DNA of 64,000 nt from assembly GCA_049510745.1 (NCBI GenBank), contig JBEKYR010000013.1, positions 32,001 to 96,000 on the forward strand. The letters are read 5' to 3'. This document shows, in pieces, positions 29,734-39,537 of this stretch. Position 1 is the first letter of the stretch. Every line of letters starts with the position of its first letter. The stretch is from Verrucomicrobiota bacterium. GTDB taxonomy: Bacteria; Verrucomicrobiota; Verrucomicrobiia; Limisphaerales; Palsa-1400. The notes under the pieces were generated by a model that was given only the letters and a program-made list of their open reading frames with translations, was not told the origin of the DNA and made no database searches. Made by a program: the position numbers and the translations under genes.

Positions 29734-30513
29734 CTAGGCTCCCAGGGAGTGACTAGGATCAGGTTGACGGTTGAAGAAACGCCGAACCCACGGGTCGGCA
29801 GCCCCATCCCTGAGTTCGGCGGGCTTTCCTTCGGCGATGATCCCCTTGGCGTCGGAGCCAAGCATCACGACGCGGTCGGCGATGGAGTAAATGCTGGGCA
29901 ACTCGTGGCTCACAATCACGAAGGTAAAGCCGAAGTGGTGCAGGCTTGTAATCAAGAGATCGATCCCGGCAGAGGTAATCGGGTCCAGTCCGGCGGACGG
30001 TTCGTCCAGGAACAGAATTCTCGGGTCCAGCGCCATGGCGCGGGCGATGGCCGCCCGTTTCTGCATGCCGCCACTCAATTCGGCAGGCATTTTGTCCGCG
30101 GCGGCGCCCAGCCCGACCAGCCTCAGCCTGGCTAAAGCCGCCACTTCCTTCAACGGATCCGGCAGGTCGGAGAACTCCTCCAGCGGCAGCCGCACGTTCT
30201 CGAGGACCGTTAGGGAGCCGAACAGCGCGCCACTCTGATACATCACGCCAAATTTGCGCAACAGCGACAGCCTCTCTTTCCCCTGTGCTGCCACCATATT
30301 GCCGCCTTCGATCCAAACCTCGCCGGATAGGGGCGGATAAAGCCCGATCATTGCTTTCAACAGGGTGCTTTTGCCCGAACCCGATGCGCCCAGGATCACG
30401 AATACTTCGCCGCGCCGGACTTGAAAGTTTACGTTCTGAAGAATGACGTTGTCTCCATAACCGACAGTCAAGTCTTTGACGGAAATCGCGATGTCGTCAG
30501 GCGCATTCATCAT
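29734..30513 (-). CDS. mlaF: MlaF-family ABC ATPase
   Basis: GASGSGKS, LSGGMQKR, LFLDEPSAGLDP, VSHEL. Confidence 0.92.
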   Translation of the reverse strand: MMNAPDDIAISVKDLTVGYGDNVILQNVNFQVRRGEVFVILGASGSGKSTLLKAMIGLYPPLSGEVWIEGGNMVAAQGKERLSLLRKFGVMYQSGALFGSLTVLENVRLPLEEFSDLPDPLKEVAALARLRLVGLGAAADKMPAELSGGMQKRAAIARAMALDPRILFLDEPSAGLDPITSAGIDLLITSLHHFGFTFVIVSHELPSIYSIADRVVMLGSDAKGIIAEGKPAELRDGAADPWVRRFFNRQPDPSHSLGA

Positions 30514-31646
30514 TTGAGAAGGAAAGAAATTGCGGAAAAGAAGGCATCCGCCACGATGATGAGCAGCAGGCTGGTTACGACTGCCCGCGTGGTCGAAAGA
30601 CCGACGGCACTGGGTCCCTGTTGGGTGCGCAGGCCGTGCCAGCAACCCACGGCCGACACAATGAGGCCAAAGACAGCGCTCTTGGAGATCCCGGCCCCGA
30701 GATCGTTCAAGTGAACGCTGGAGGCCAATTGATGTAGTATAAGCGGAAGCGTAAAACCCAGTCCCAGCATGACGATCACGCCGCCGATCACCCCCATGAG
30801 GATCGAGTAAAAGGTGAGCAGCGGTGTCACGAAAACTCCCGCCAGGATTCGCGGCACTACCAAGAACGGGATGGGGTCCAGTCCGAAAGTCTGGAGCGCA
30901 TCCAGTTCCTCATTGATTTTCATGGTGCCGAGTACCGCGGCGAAGGATGAACCTGTCCGGCCCGCCAGCAGAATGGCCGTCATAAGCGGCCCCATGTCAC
31001 GAACCATCACCACCATGATGGTATTGGCGACGTAGAGTTGCGCGCCAAATTCGGCCAGGCGCCGCGCCGACTCGAAGGCGATAATGAATCCCAGGAGCAA
31101 GCTCATCAGCGAAACGATCGGCACGGCGTTGGCGCCGGCCAACTCAACGACGCGGCGTGTCTCCGCCCACCGGCTTCGTTTGGGGTGGAAAATGCTGACA
31201 GGCAGGCTGGCGATGATAGCGCCCAAAAAGACCATTTGCGCGTGGAAATCCCTGTTCATTTGCCTGACCCTCCGGCCCATTTTCTCCACGCAAGAGTCGC
31301 GCTTAATCGCCGGTTGCGGGTGGAACGCCTTGTCCTCCAACATGAGTTCGCGGAAGATTTTCTCCAAATCAGCTTCCAATCCAAGCACCGAGACGGTCGC
31401 CTGTGGCGTCATTCTTCCCATGTTGAGGTAGAGGAGCAAAGTCAGACCCGCGGCGTCGCAGAAGCCGAGGCCGCTGACATCCACTTGCAGTGTCTCAACT
31501 TTCGTCCCTGGCAATTCCTTCTCCAGAAGGCCCCAGCAACCCACGACTGTCTGCTCATTCAGGCGGCCACGAAGAACCACGCGAGCCCGACCATCGGGCC
31601 TCACTTCCACGTCGGTTTCCAGTTTGTTTTGTGTTGCGGTTGTCAT
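30510..31646 (-). CDS. mlaE: MlaE-family permease with N-terminal STAS domain
   Basis: DVSGLGFCDAAG STAS motif; RDMGPLMTAILLAGRTGS, GTMKINEELDAL, VGLSTTRAVV. Confidence 0.92.
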   Translation of the reverse strand: MTTATQNKLETDVEVRPDGRARVVLRGRLNEQTVVGCWGLLEKELPGTKVETLQVDVSGLGFCDAAGLTLLLYLNMGRMTPQATVSVLGLEADLEKIFRELMLEDKAFHPQPAIKRDSCVEKMGRRVRQMNRDFHAQMVFLGAIIASLPVSIFHPKRSRWAETRRVVELAGANAVPIVSLMSLLLGFIIAFESARRLAEFGAQLYVANTIMVVMVRDMGPLMTAILLAGRTGSSFAAVLGTMKINEELDALQTFGLDPIPFLVVPRILAGVFVTPLLTFYSILMGVIGGVIVMLGLGFTLPLILHQLASSVHLNDLGAGISKSAVFGLIVSAVGCWHGLRTQQGPSAVGLSTTRAVVTSLLLIIVADAFFSAISFLLK

Positions 31647-31654
31647 GATAACTC

Positions 31655-33802
31655 TTATCCCGCTTGCAACTGGATCAACTTCGTCGCAAACGGGACGGTT
31701 TCCTGGTAGAGTGCCAGGCGTGCTCGGATTTGCGCGGCGACATGGGCGTCGGTTACGATATCGATTTGCGCGGCAACGGCTTTTTCAAGCTCCGCCAGCG
31801 CGGAGGGCAGGTCCGGCAACGGGCGCTCACTTTTGCTTTCTACCCGGTCGGCGAGATTGAGGAGCAAATCAGCCAGCGTTACTTTGAATCGGGCCGATGC
31901 CGCGCGCAACGGCTCAGGCACCGCGAAGGGCCGCAAGTCAGGACGATGCTGGACGATTGCCAGCAGATGGAGAAATAACATCTGCACTGTGTTGTCGATG
32001 ACCATCAGACGGTCACGACGAGCCGCGTCAGACTCGAACTTTGAGCTTTCGTGCAACTGCTGAACGGATCCAAAATCCTGATAGACCTGCAAGCGCAAGG
32101 CATAGGCCTCGGTCAATTGAGGAGCATGGTCTTTATCTGTGTCGGGCAAACCAGAGAGTTTTGCCAGCGTGCGCAGGACGGACGCCAGTTTGGCGCGGGT
32201 TGTTTCCAATGCCCTGACTGGCCAGAGCCGGTCGTTGATGAATCCAAACACCAGGAGTCCCAGCGCGATGCCGATAAGACGGTCGCGCGCCACCCGCAGC
32301 TCGGTGTAAGTTCCGTAGGTTTGGAGGACGCACTTGCAAAAGGCCAGGCAAATCTGAATGCCGCAGTAGGAAATCCGCACGCTGCCGAAGTTGACGTAGG
32401 CGGCCAGGGCCATGACGGCGCCAAACGGAAACCAGAAGCCGCCCAGCGAGTCGAGGTGCGGGAAGATATACATCAGTGAGATGAATCCGAGAGCGCCCCC
32501 AACGGCTGCGCCGGCGAAGCGCAGGGTGCCTTTCTGCAGGCTCGCTCCCACCGTCGAGAGCGAGCAAAGGATGCAAGTAATGGTGGCGGTGTATATTCCC
32601 GGGTAAGCCGACATGGTAAAAATGAGATAGCAGATAAAACCGGCGAGCGCTCCTTTGACGGCAAAGTGAAGGTGTTCTGGATTGGTGAAGGCATCCGGCG
32701 CGAGGAACCCGCTTTTTTCCTGGTTGGGACCCGGCTTCAACTCCTCCGGCAATTCCCGGCCCGGAAAGGTGAACGGCATCAGCTCGGCAGCGCGTTCCAT
32801 TTCCGCGAGTGAAGGCAAGGCTTCCTGTCGCGTTACGGCTGCCGCCGTCGCCGTGCCGGTGATTTCCGGCGGCGCGTGATTCTTAATCGCTGCGCGCCAG
32901 CGGGCACATGCGTCAGCCAGGTTGCGCAAGCGTTGTTGCGTTGCTTCTGTCGCCGACGAAACTCCTTGCGCTTCGAGCATGGCCGCTGCCGTCACCAACC
33001 GGTCAACGACGATGAATTGCGCGCGCACCTCGGCGTGGTGTTTCTTGAGCCACGGCTCGACCGCGCCAGTCATCTTAAGCAGCCGGAGTGGTTCCGCCAC
33101 ACCCGCCAGGGCAAGTTGAGCCAGTGATGAAGGCTGGCGCTCGGGCGGTTCACCGATAGCCAACCGCCGCAGCAACCTTTCGACTGCGTCCAAGCGGTCA
33201 GTCAAACCGCGCTGGAGCACCGACCTTGAAGTTTCCGGATTGAGCAAGTATTGCACCGCCAGATTCACACTGAGTCCCAGTATCCACGCCCAACAATAGT
33301 AGAATGGGACGCGATTCAGGATTTCGATGTTGGAAACAGTGTCTGGAATCGTCATGCCAAAGCCAACGCAGAGAGCCACACCCAATCCGAGGATGGGGGG
33401 ATTGACCACCCGGATCATGAGCAACCCCAACATGATGAATGCTGGCACACACAGCACGCGGAGCCACGTCAGGTCGAGCGCGCACATATAATAAAGAAGG
33501 AGCAATCCGCACGTCGCAATCGCGCCAACGATTGCCAGAATTGTTCCCAGCAATGTGGTCGAGATGTCCTCTCGGGTGACCATGAACATCCCGATCATCA
33601 GCATGACCGGCTGTTTCAAATGAAAGGTCATGATCGGGATGGTGCAGGCGATACAGGCCAGTGTAATACGGAGCGTGGCCTGCCAGCGGCCCGGTGTCGG
33701 AGCGAATTCGCGGCGCAAGAACTCCACGAATTGAAAAGTCATCTGTTTTGGAATGGCGGCTGTCGCGGTCACAAGCGCTTGAATTCTATGGAATCGCCGC
33801 AC
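31655..33802 (-). CDS. FUSC/MdtO-like inner-membrane efflux subunit
   Basis: EFAPTPGRW, two TM clusters, AFTNPEHLHFAVKG, ARDRLIGI; start may be 33743. Confidence 0.85.
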   Translation of the reverse strand: MRRFHRIQALVTATAAIPKQMTFQFVEFLRREFAPTPGRWQATLRITLACIACTIPIMTFHLKQPVMLMIGMFMVTREDISTTLLGTILAIVGAIATCGLLLLYYMCALDLTWLRVLCVPAFIMLGLLMIRVVNPPILGLGVALCVGFGMTIPDTVSNIEILNRVPFYYCWAWILGLSVNLAVQYLLNPETSRSVLQRGLTDRLDAVERLLRRLAIGEPPERQPSSLAQLALAGVAEPLRLLKMTGAVEPWLKKHHAEVRAQFIVVDRLVTAAAMLEAQGVSSATEATQQRLRNLADACARWRAAIKNHAPPEITGTATAAAVTRQEALPSLAEMERAAELMPFTFPGRELPEELKPGPNQEKSGFLAPDAFTNPEHLHFAVKGALAGFICYLIFTMSAYPGIYTATITCILCSLSTVGASLQKGTLRFAGAAVGGALGFISLMYIFPHLDSLGGFWFPFGAVMALAAYVNFGSVRISYCGIQICLAFCKCVLQTYGTYTELRVARDRLIGIALGLLVFGFINDRLWPVRALETTRAKLASVLRTLAKLSGLPDTDKDHAPQLTEAYALRLQVYQDFGSVQQLHESSKFESDAARRDRLMVIDNTVQMLFLHLLAIVQHRPDLRPFAVPEPLRAASARFKVTLADLLLNLADRVESKSERPLPDLPSALAELEKAVAAQIDIVTDAHVAAQIRARLALYQETVPFATKLIQLQAG

Positions 33803-34922
33803 GGCTTGGTTGCGGCCCTGTGGCGGTGAGGGTCACGACGGCCGAGGCGCCGACGCGGAAGCTGTCGTCAGGGTCGTCCACCTGAACCCGTAGCGGAAAG
33901 CGTTGCGCCAAACGCACCCAGTCGAGGTTGCGGGGAACATTGGGCAAACCCATCGCGCTGCTTCCGTCTTCGGGAACGACGGCCCACGCCAAGCCGACGA
34001 CTTTGCCTTTGAATCTTTTCCCGCCTTTGAATTGCAGATAGATTTCCGCCCGGTCTCCTTCCTTGACGTGCTTGAGTTGCGTTTCGCGGAAATTGGCGAC
34101 GACATACCAAGTGCGCGTGTCCACAAGTGTAAACAAGTCCGCGCCAGCCCGCGCGAATGCACCCAGGGAAATGTTGAAATTCACCACTTTGCCGCTAAAC
34201 GGCGCTTTCACACGGCAGTATTCAAGATTCAATTCGGCGTCGTGGAGCTGCGCCTCGGCGGCGGCAATGCGCGCGTTCACGTCGCCCTCCTGACCGATGG
34301 CATCATTAGCGCGGAGACGCTCAACTTTTGCCTGTTCCACTGCGGCGGCCGCAGCGGCAAGCAGTTTCTGCGCCTCGCGGACCGCGGTGTCAGCCACGAG
34401 ACGGCGGGTGCGCGCCGCTTCGAGTTGATCGGCGGTGGCAAATTCCTTCACCAGCAGCGGTTCAAGCCGTTTGACGTGATCATCCGCCTCCTTGAGCTCC
34501 GCCTCGGCGCGCTCAACCGACGCTTCAGCAGCCAGACGCTGCGCTTCCGCCCGGGCAATTGAGGCGTTTGCCAATTGCAAGACTTTCTCCAAAACAGCCA
34601 CTTCCTTGTGGGCCAGGCTCAAGCCGGCTTTGGCGCGAGCCACGGCAATTTCGTAAGGACGCGGATCAATCACAAACAACAAATCCCCTTCCTTCACATA
34701 CTGATTGTCTTTGACATGCAATTCGACAATGTGGCCGCTGGCTTGCGGAGCCACACCGATAAAATTGGCCCGTAGCGTGGCATCGTCCGTCTGCGGATAG
34801 TTGTCATGCGACCAGATGGCCATAACCGCGACGACGACGAAGGCGATGATGATGACCAGACCGATTCGCTGACCAACGACTTTCAAATCGGGTTTAGTTG
34901 GAACAACAGGTTCTTCACGCAT
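33786..34922 (-). CDS. HlyD/MdtN-like membrane fusion protein
   Basis: PQTDDA, VKEGDLLFVIDPRPY, ANFRETQL, LDWVRLAQRFP. Confidence 0.92.
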   Translation of the reverse strand: MREEPVVPTKPDLKVVGQRIGLVIIIAFVVVAVMAIWSHDNYPQTDDATLRANFIGVAPQASGHIVELHVKDNQYVKEGDLLFVIDPRPYEIAVARAKAGLSLAHKEVAVLEKVLQLANASIARAEAQRLAAEASVERAEAELKEADDHVKRLEPLLVKEFATADQLEAARTRRLVADTAVREAQKLLAAAAAAVEQAKVERLRANDAIGQEGDVNARIAAAEAQLHDAELNLEYCRVKAPFSGKVVNFNISLGAFARAGADLFTLVDTRTWYVVANFRETQLKHVKEGDRAEIYLQFKGGKRFKGKVVGLAWAVVPEDGSSAMGLPNVPRNLDWVRLAQRFPLRVQVDDPDDSFRVGASAVVTLTATGPQPSRAAIP

Positions 34923-34926
34923 AATT

Positions 34927-35244
34927 TTAACTCCTAAAAAAAAGAAGCCAGGTGAGCAATGTGACCAGCCCCCAAAGACAAAAATAAACCAGCACACGCG
35001 GCCGCAAGTACGGCTCGATATTGACCTTGATGAAAACTTGATGGGCAACGAGTGTTCCGGCCACGCCCAAGGCCACGCAGAGCATCCATCCCGGAAAGAA
35101 CGAACCCAGCAAGTTAATGGATGGCGCGCCCCTGCAACCCGTCAAGAAAAGCAATATTAGCGTCGGCGTTATTCGCCCCAGTGTCTTGCCGGCGGAGCCA
35201 GGGCGGATGCCGGCGCGGATTTTGTCGGGCTTGATCAAGTTCAT
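34927..35244 (-). CDS. YtcA-family lipoprotein
   Basis: LTGCRGAPSINLLGSFFPGWMLC motif; lies upstream of an mdtN-like gene as in E. coli ytcA-mdtNOP. Confidence 0.85.
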   Translation of the reverse strand: MNLIKPDKIRAGIRPGSAGKTLGRITPTLILLFLTGCRGAPSINLLGSFFPGWMLCVALGVAGTLVAHQVFIKVNIEPYLRPRVLVYFCLWGLVTLLTWLLFFRS

Positions 35245-36776
35245 GGTTCGATGTTCCTGTTTCCAGATTTTCGTTGAAGCAGTTGCGGGCCAAGGTCGCC
35301 GGAAGCGAACGCCAGGGCGGCGGTGGATTCGAGCAGCGTCGCCCGCGTGTCGAGTTGCGTGTAGCGCGCTTGACTTAATTCGCGCCGCGCCGTCAGAACA
35401 TCCACGAGGCTGCTCAGTCCGTTTTGATAAGCTTCGAATGTCTGGTTATAGGATTTGTCCGACGCCTCAACCAGAGCCACTGCCACATCAAGTCGGCGGA
35501 TGGCCAGTTTCGTATCGGTGTAGTATAGCCAGACCTGGGAGATAGCCTTGTCGCGCAAGTCTTGGAGGTTGTGCTGCGCCGCCTCGCGATCGGATTTGGC
35601 CATTTCCAGTTTGCGCCTGCGCGCGCCACCGTCAAACAAAGACCAGCTCAACTCCAGCCCCACTCCCCAGGTTGCCTGTTGTGTCGATGCCCAGGGCAGC
35701 GAATTGCCCGCGACTCCCAACTGCGCCCGCTCGAATGCTCCACCAGCTTCACCCTTAAAAGACAGCGTGGGGTAATAAGCGGCGCGAGCGTGACGAATTT
35801 CCGCCTCCTTTTGGCGCACGATGGCCACTTGCGCCAGAAGCTCGGGGCGCTGCTCCAAGGTTCTGTCAATCAACTTTTCAACCGTGTCCTCAAGGTTGGT
35901 AGGGATGGGCAGTTTTGAGAAATCAACTACATGCAAAGGAACCGTGGGAGTAATGCCGATGCTTTCGGCAAGGATCACCTGCGCGTCGCGTTCTTTGGCC
36001 GATACATCTTCCATTTCGAAGGCCGCCTGGACCGCTTGTTGCCGTGCCAGCGACACGTCGGGAGCGGTGGCCAGCCCCAGCTTGAATCGTGTTTCCGCAG
36101 CCTCTTGGACTTTTAAGGCTGAGGCGAGGGAAGATTGCGCAACTTCAATGCGTCCACGAACTTTTGATAACTCGTAGAAAGCACTCTGCACCTTGAAAAC
36201 AATTTCTTGATGCCGCGCATTGAAACCGAGATTGGCCGCGAGCAACCGGTTCTTCGCTGCGCCCACGGCGGCCTTTCGCCGTCCGAAATCGAGCAAAACC
36301 CATTCCAGATCGGCCACTGGCTCTGCCTCCTGCGCTTTGACATCCTCGAATCCCCCTTTTGTTGGTGTCAGTGGCAGTGGAAGAGGCTCACGCGCATAAT
36401 CGCCTGATGCCCGCAGAGCAAGCAGTGGAAAATACTCGCTCTGGGCAAGTCCAACCGCTGAGGCTGCCTGCTTCGCGCTTTCCCAAGCAGCTTTCGTTTT
36501 TGGGTTCGCGCGTTCGGCAAGATCGATGAGTTCGGGAAGCTCGTAGTTTTTTTGAGCATCAGCTTCCGGTTGAGCCTTTACTTTGAGCACGCTGGCAAAC
36601 CCGGCCATGTCTGGCGGCTGCCACGGGCGTTCAGCCGAAACGGGAGCTTTGAGACCGTTGAGCACATCGGATGAATGGCCGGATGCCGCCGCCACATCAT
36701 CCGCTCCACAAACGTTCAGTCCGATGAGCATGGCGCAGAAGCCAGGCGCCAAGACCGTCTGCCATTTGGATTTCAT
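35241..36776 (-). CDS. TolC-family outer-membrane efflux protein
   Basis: Two OEP repeats (ANP..AQSEYFP; RPEL..AYYP; WSLFDGG; YQNGL..DVL). Confidence 0.92.
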   Translation of the reverse strand: MKSKWQTVLAPGFCAMLIGLNVCGADDVAAASGHSSDVLNGLKAPVSAERPWQPPDMAGFASVLKVKAQPEADAQKNYELPELIDLAERANPKTKAAWESAKQAASAVGLAQSEYFPLLALRASGDYAREPLPLPLTPTKGGFEDVKAQEAEPVADLEWVLLDFGRRKAAVGAAKNRLLAANLGFNARHQEIVFKVQSAFYELSKVRGRIEVAQSSLASALKVQEAAETRFKLGLATAPDVSLARQQAVQAAFEMEDVSAKERDAQVILAESIGITPTVPLHVVDFSKLPIPTNLEDTVEKLIDRTLEQRPELLAQVAIVRQKEAEIRHARAAYYPTLSFKGEAGGAFERAQLGVAGNSLPWASTQQATWGVGLELSWSLFDGGARRRKLEMAKSDREAAQHNLQDLRDKAISQVWLYYTDTKLAIRRLDVAVALVEASDKSYNQTFEAYQNGLSSLVDVLTARRELSQARYTQLDTRATLLESTAALAFASGDLGPQLLQRKSGNRNIEP

Positions 36777-36810
36777 GTTCTTGTCTCCATTTGCGGTGAA
36801 TGCATAGGGC

Positions 36811-37149
36811 TTACTGGAGAAAAGGTTGGAGTTTGGCCAAAATGGCCTCCTTGGTCGCGGTGCCAACGATGCGCAAGCAAGGATTGCCTCGGACAAAATA
36901 GAGCAGCGTTGGAACCGACTGAATCTCGTACCAAAGACTAAGGTCGAGACTGTCATCCGCGTTGACCTTGACCACTTTGACCTTTCCCGCGCAGGCGCTG
37001 GCTAGTTCTCGAAGCACGGAATCGAAGACCTGGCATGGCCGGCTCCAGGGCGCCCAGAACTCGACAAGGACCGGCTGGTTCGATTCCAAGACTTCCGCCT
37101 TGAAATCTTCGGCTGCGATTGGGAGCAGTGCTCCGTTTTGGGTGTTCAT
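36811..37149 (-). CDS. Thioredoxin-fold protein with SxxC (WSRPC) active site
   Basis: PVLVEFWAPWSRPC, VKVNAD, IQSVPTL. Confidence 0.88.
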   Translation of the reverse strand: MNTQNGALLPIAAEDFKAEVLESNQPVLVEFWAPWSRPCQVFDSVLRELASACAGKVKVVKVNADDSLDLSLWYEIQSVPTLLYFVRGNPCLRIVGTATKEAILAKLQPFLQ

Positions 37150-37183
37150 GTTTTCGGGTTTATTGAACATCACCAACCTATAC

Positions 37184-37198
37184 GCACAGGCTGTGCCA
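37184..37198 (-). promoter_or_regulatory. Putative sigma54 promoter for the thioredoxin-TolC-Mdt-Mla operon
   Basis: TGGCAC-AGCCT-GTGC (GG-N10-GC). Confidence 0.7.
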
Positions 37199-37445
37199 CG
37201 GTGGGGGCGAAAACGCAACACGCTCAGGGACACGGTTTTGCACACGGACTGGCCGGGTTCCGCCGGGGTCAGGAAATTGAAGGACCCGAAAAATCGTGCG
37301 GCATTTATGCATCCTCCTGCATCACCATTTCTTCACAGAACCCCGTATGAGTTTTCGTGCATTCGGAAATTCGTGTGCCATCTCCAGCACGATGTCCGGC
37401 AAGCAAGTCCTTGGGAATGATTAGCTTGCGCGCCGGTTTAGGTGT

Positions 37446-37460
37446 TGGCACGCGATCTGT
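37446..37460 (+). promoter_or_regulatory. Putative sigma54 promoter for the K+ channel gene
   Basis: TGGCAC-GCGAT-CTGT; periodic array at 37347-37374. Confidence 0.55.
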
Positions 37461-37495
37461 TTATGGAACCTCGATTACGGGATGAGGGAACGAAT

Positions 37496-38230
37496 ATGAT
37501 CAAATTTCAAGCTACTACTGCCAACGGGCGGCCGGGCTTCGCCAGGGACCGCAGGTTTGGCCTGCGGGTATCCGCCGTCGGGTTCCTTGCGGCCTTGGTA
37601 CTTATGCTGGTTGCTACGCCGTTCGTTCGGGGCTTGAAGCAAGGCCAGCTCTACGAAGCGGTGCTGTTTACGGTGGTGATGTGCATGGGCTTAATCGCCA
37701 GTGGTTCCTGCCCCAGGCTGGCTTTAGCGCTGGTGAGCTTCGCGCTCGCCGCTATATCGCTAAACCAACTCTGGCCCCGAGCCTGCCCAGCACTGACGTT
37801 TATTTTGCCGGCAATGGCAATTCTCGCTGTGGTAACAGCGTCCCTGTTGCGGTTTGTTCTTCGAGCCAAACAGGTCGATGCGGAGGTGCTTTGTGCCGGC
37901 ATTTCTGTTTATCTGATCTTGGGATTGCTCTGGGGTCTGGCCTACACGTTGGTGGCGCAAGTGAACCCCAACGCGTTCTCCTTCAGCACTCCCTCAGGAA
38001 CGGCGGCCACGATGAGCGGGTTCACTGCCATCTATTTCAGTTTCATAACCCTGGCGACGCTGGGGTACGGCGACATCACCCCCGCTGCGGACATCGCGCG
38101 GATGCTGGCTATGCTCGAGGCGATGACCGGCACGCTCTTCGTCGGTGTCATGATCGCCCGCCTGGTTTCTCTCTACGCCGCCTCGGGGCAGAGGCAGACG
38201 CCGGCCCACGACGAAGGCCAGAGCAACTAA
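37496..38230 (+). CDS. Potassium channel family protein (Ion_trans_2)
   Basis: YFSFITLATLGYGDITP selectivity filter; multiple TM helices. Confidence 0.9.
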   Translation: MIKFQATTANGRPGFARDRRFGLRVSAVGFLAALVLMLVATPFVRGLKQGQLYEAVLFTVVMCMGLIASGSCPRLALALVSFALAAISLNQLWPRACPALTFILPAMAILAVVTASLLRFVLRAKQVDAEVLCAGISVYLILGLLWGLAYTLVAQVNPNAFSFSTPSGTAATMSGFTAIYFSFITLATLGYGDITPAADIARMLAMLEAMTGTLFVGVMIARLVSLYAASGQRQTPAHDEGQSN

Positions 38231-39336
38231 AACTCAAGGAACTCAATCCTTGGGCGATCCGGGCTCCGAATCCCAACTTGTGGTTCACCGAATCGCTTTG
38301 CACAGATTTCGAGGAGAACGCTCGTCACCGTAAGGATCACTGGCCCAAGGACGAGTCCACTCCAGCCAAAGAGGAGGAGGCCGCCCAAGAGGGCGACGAA
38401 GATACTTACTGAGGGAACCCTCAGCCGGTCATGCACCATCACCGGATAGAGGAAATTCTCGATCGCGCGAACAAGCAGACTTCCCACAGCAGCCACGCCG
38501 AGAGCTTCCCCCCACCTGCCCTCCAGTCCGAGATACACCGCTGCCGGGAGCCAAAGGACAAAGGCATCTGCCACGGGCACGAATGCGAATACCGCCGCCA
38601 CTAAAGCCCAGAACCATGGAGAAGGAACCCCCAGCCACCAGTACATCAGCCCACCGAGCAAACCCTGGAGCGCGGAGAGCGCGAGCATGCCGTAGAGGGT
38701 CGCATGAATCGTGTCATTGACCCGGCTAAAGAGAGTGTTGGTCTCGCTTTCGCTCAAGGGCAAGAACGAACGGATGGTCTTGAGCACACGAAATCGATCG
38801 CGCAGAAAATAGAATAAAAAATACAACGTCAGGCAGACCTGAAGGGCCGCGATGGCTGATTCCTTTACCAACCTGGAGAGGACGGTCTTCAACCAGGTCG
38901 TGGCCATCGAGGCGTTCTCCGGCCGTTCAGCCAAAGCTAGAAAGTGAGCTAATTGCGGATGTTGGTCGCCAGACATGTGCCATTTGCCGGCGGCGATTTG
39001 TTTTTGAATGCTTTCCGGGACCGAGGTGGCTTGTTCCGCGAGCTTTTGGGCAAACCATGTCGCAGGGGCCACGACGAGCAATCCAATGATGACCAGAGAA
39101 AACGCCGCCGCCAGGTTCGGCCTTTTCACCCTTGCCTCGATCCAGCGATGCAACGGAGCGAAGACCGACGCCAGCGCACCAGCCCAGACCAGGGATGGAA
39201 TGCAAGGCTGGGCCAAGCGGTAGCATAAGTAGATGCCAACCGCCACGAGCAGTGCTAACGCAATCGCCCGAATGCGAGCGCGGGACCACCCTCCATTCTC
39301 GCCATTGGAGGTTTCGTTTGAACTGAGCTGTTTCAC
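38227..39336 (-). CDS. AI-2E family (PerM/YdiK-like) transporter
   Basis: LFYFLRD, LQGLLGG, GGLLLFGWSGLVLGPVI; GTG start. Confidence 0.88.
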   Translation of the reverse strand: MKQLSSNETSNGENGGWSRARIRAIALALLVAVGIYLCYRLAQPCIPSLVWAGALASVFAPLHRWIEARVKRPNLAAAFSLVIIGLLVVAPATWFAQKLAEQATSVPESIQKQIAAGKWHMSGDQHPQLAHFLALAERPENASMATTWLKTVLSRLVKESAIAALQVCLTLYFLFYFLRDRFRVLKTIRSFLPLSESETNTLFSRVNDTIHATLYGMLALSALQGLLGGLMYWWLGVPSPWFWALVAAVFAFVPVADAFVLWLPAAVYLGLEGRWGEALGVAAVGSLLVRAIENFLYPVMVHDRLRVPSVSIFVALLGGLLLFGWSGLVLGPVILTVTSVLLEICAKRFGEPQVGIRSPDRPRIEFLEF

Positions 39337-39409
39337 GTTGAGACGGACCCCGTGTGACCTTCGGAAGTCTCATTCTTACGATCAGTGCAGGTCGTCATTG
39401 AAGACCTAT

Positions 39410-39424
39410 ACATCTTCCGTGCCA
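39410..39424 (-). promoter_or_regulatory. Putative sigma54 promoter for the AI-2E gene
   Basis: TGGCAC-GGAAG-ATGT; periodic array at 39506-39533. Confidence 0.55.
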
Positions 39425-39537
39425 AGTGTGGAGAATTCGCCGTTTCCCTTGCAGGTGGGACAGTTATGCAGATTTCCTCCTTCGGAATGTCCCCACAGAA
39501 CTCCCGCGAGTTTTCGAGTGTTCAAAAAATCGCAGAG

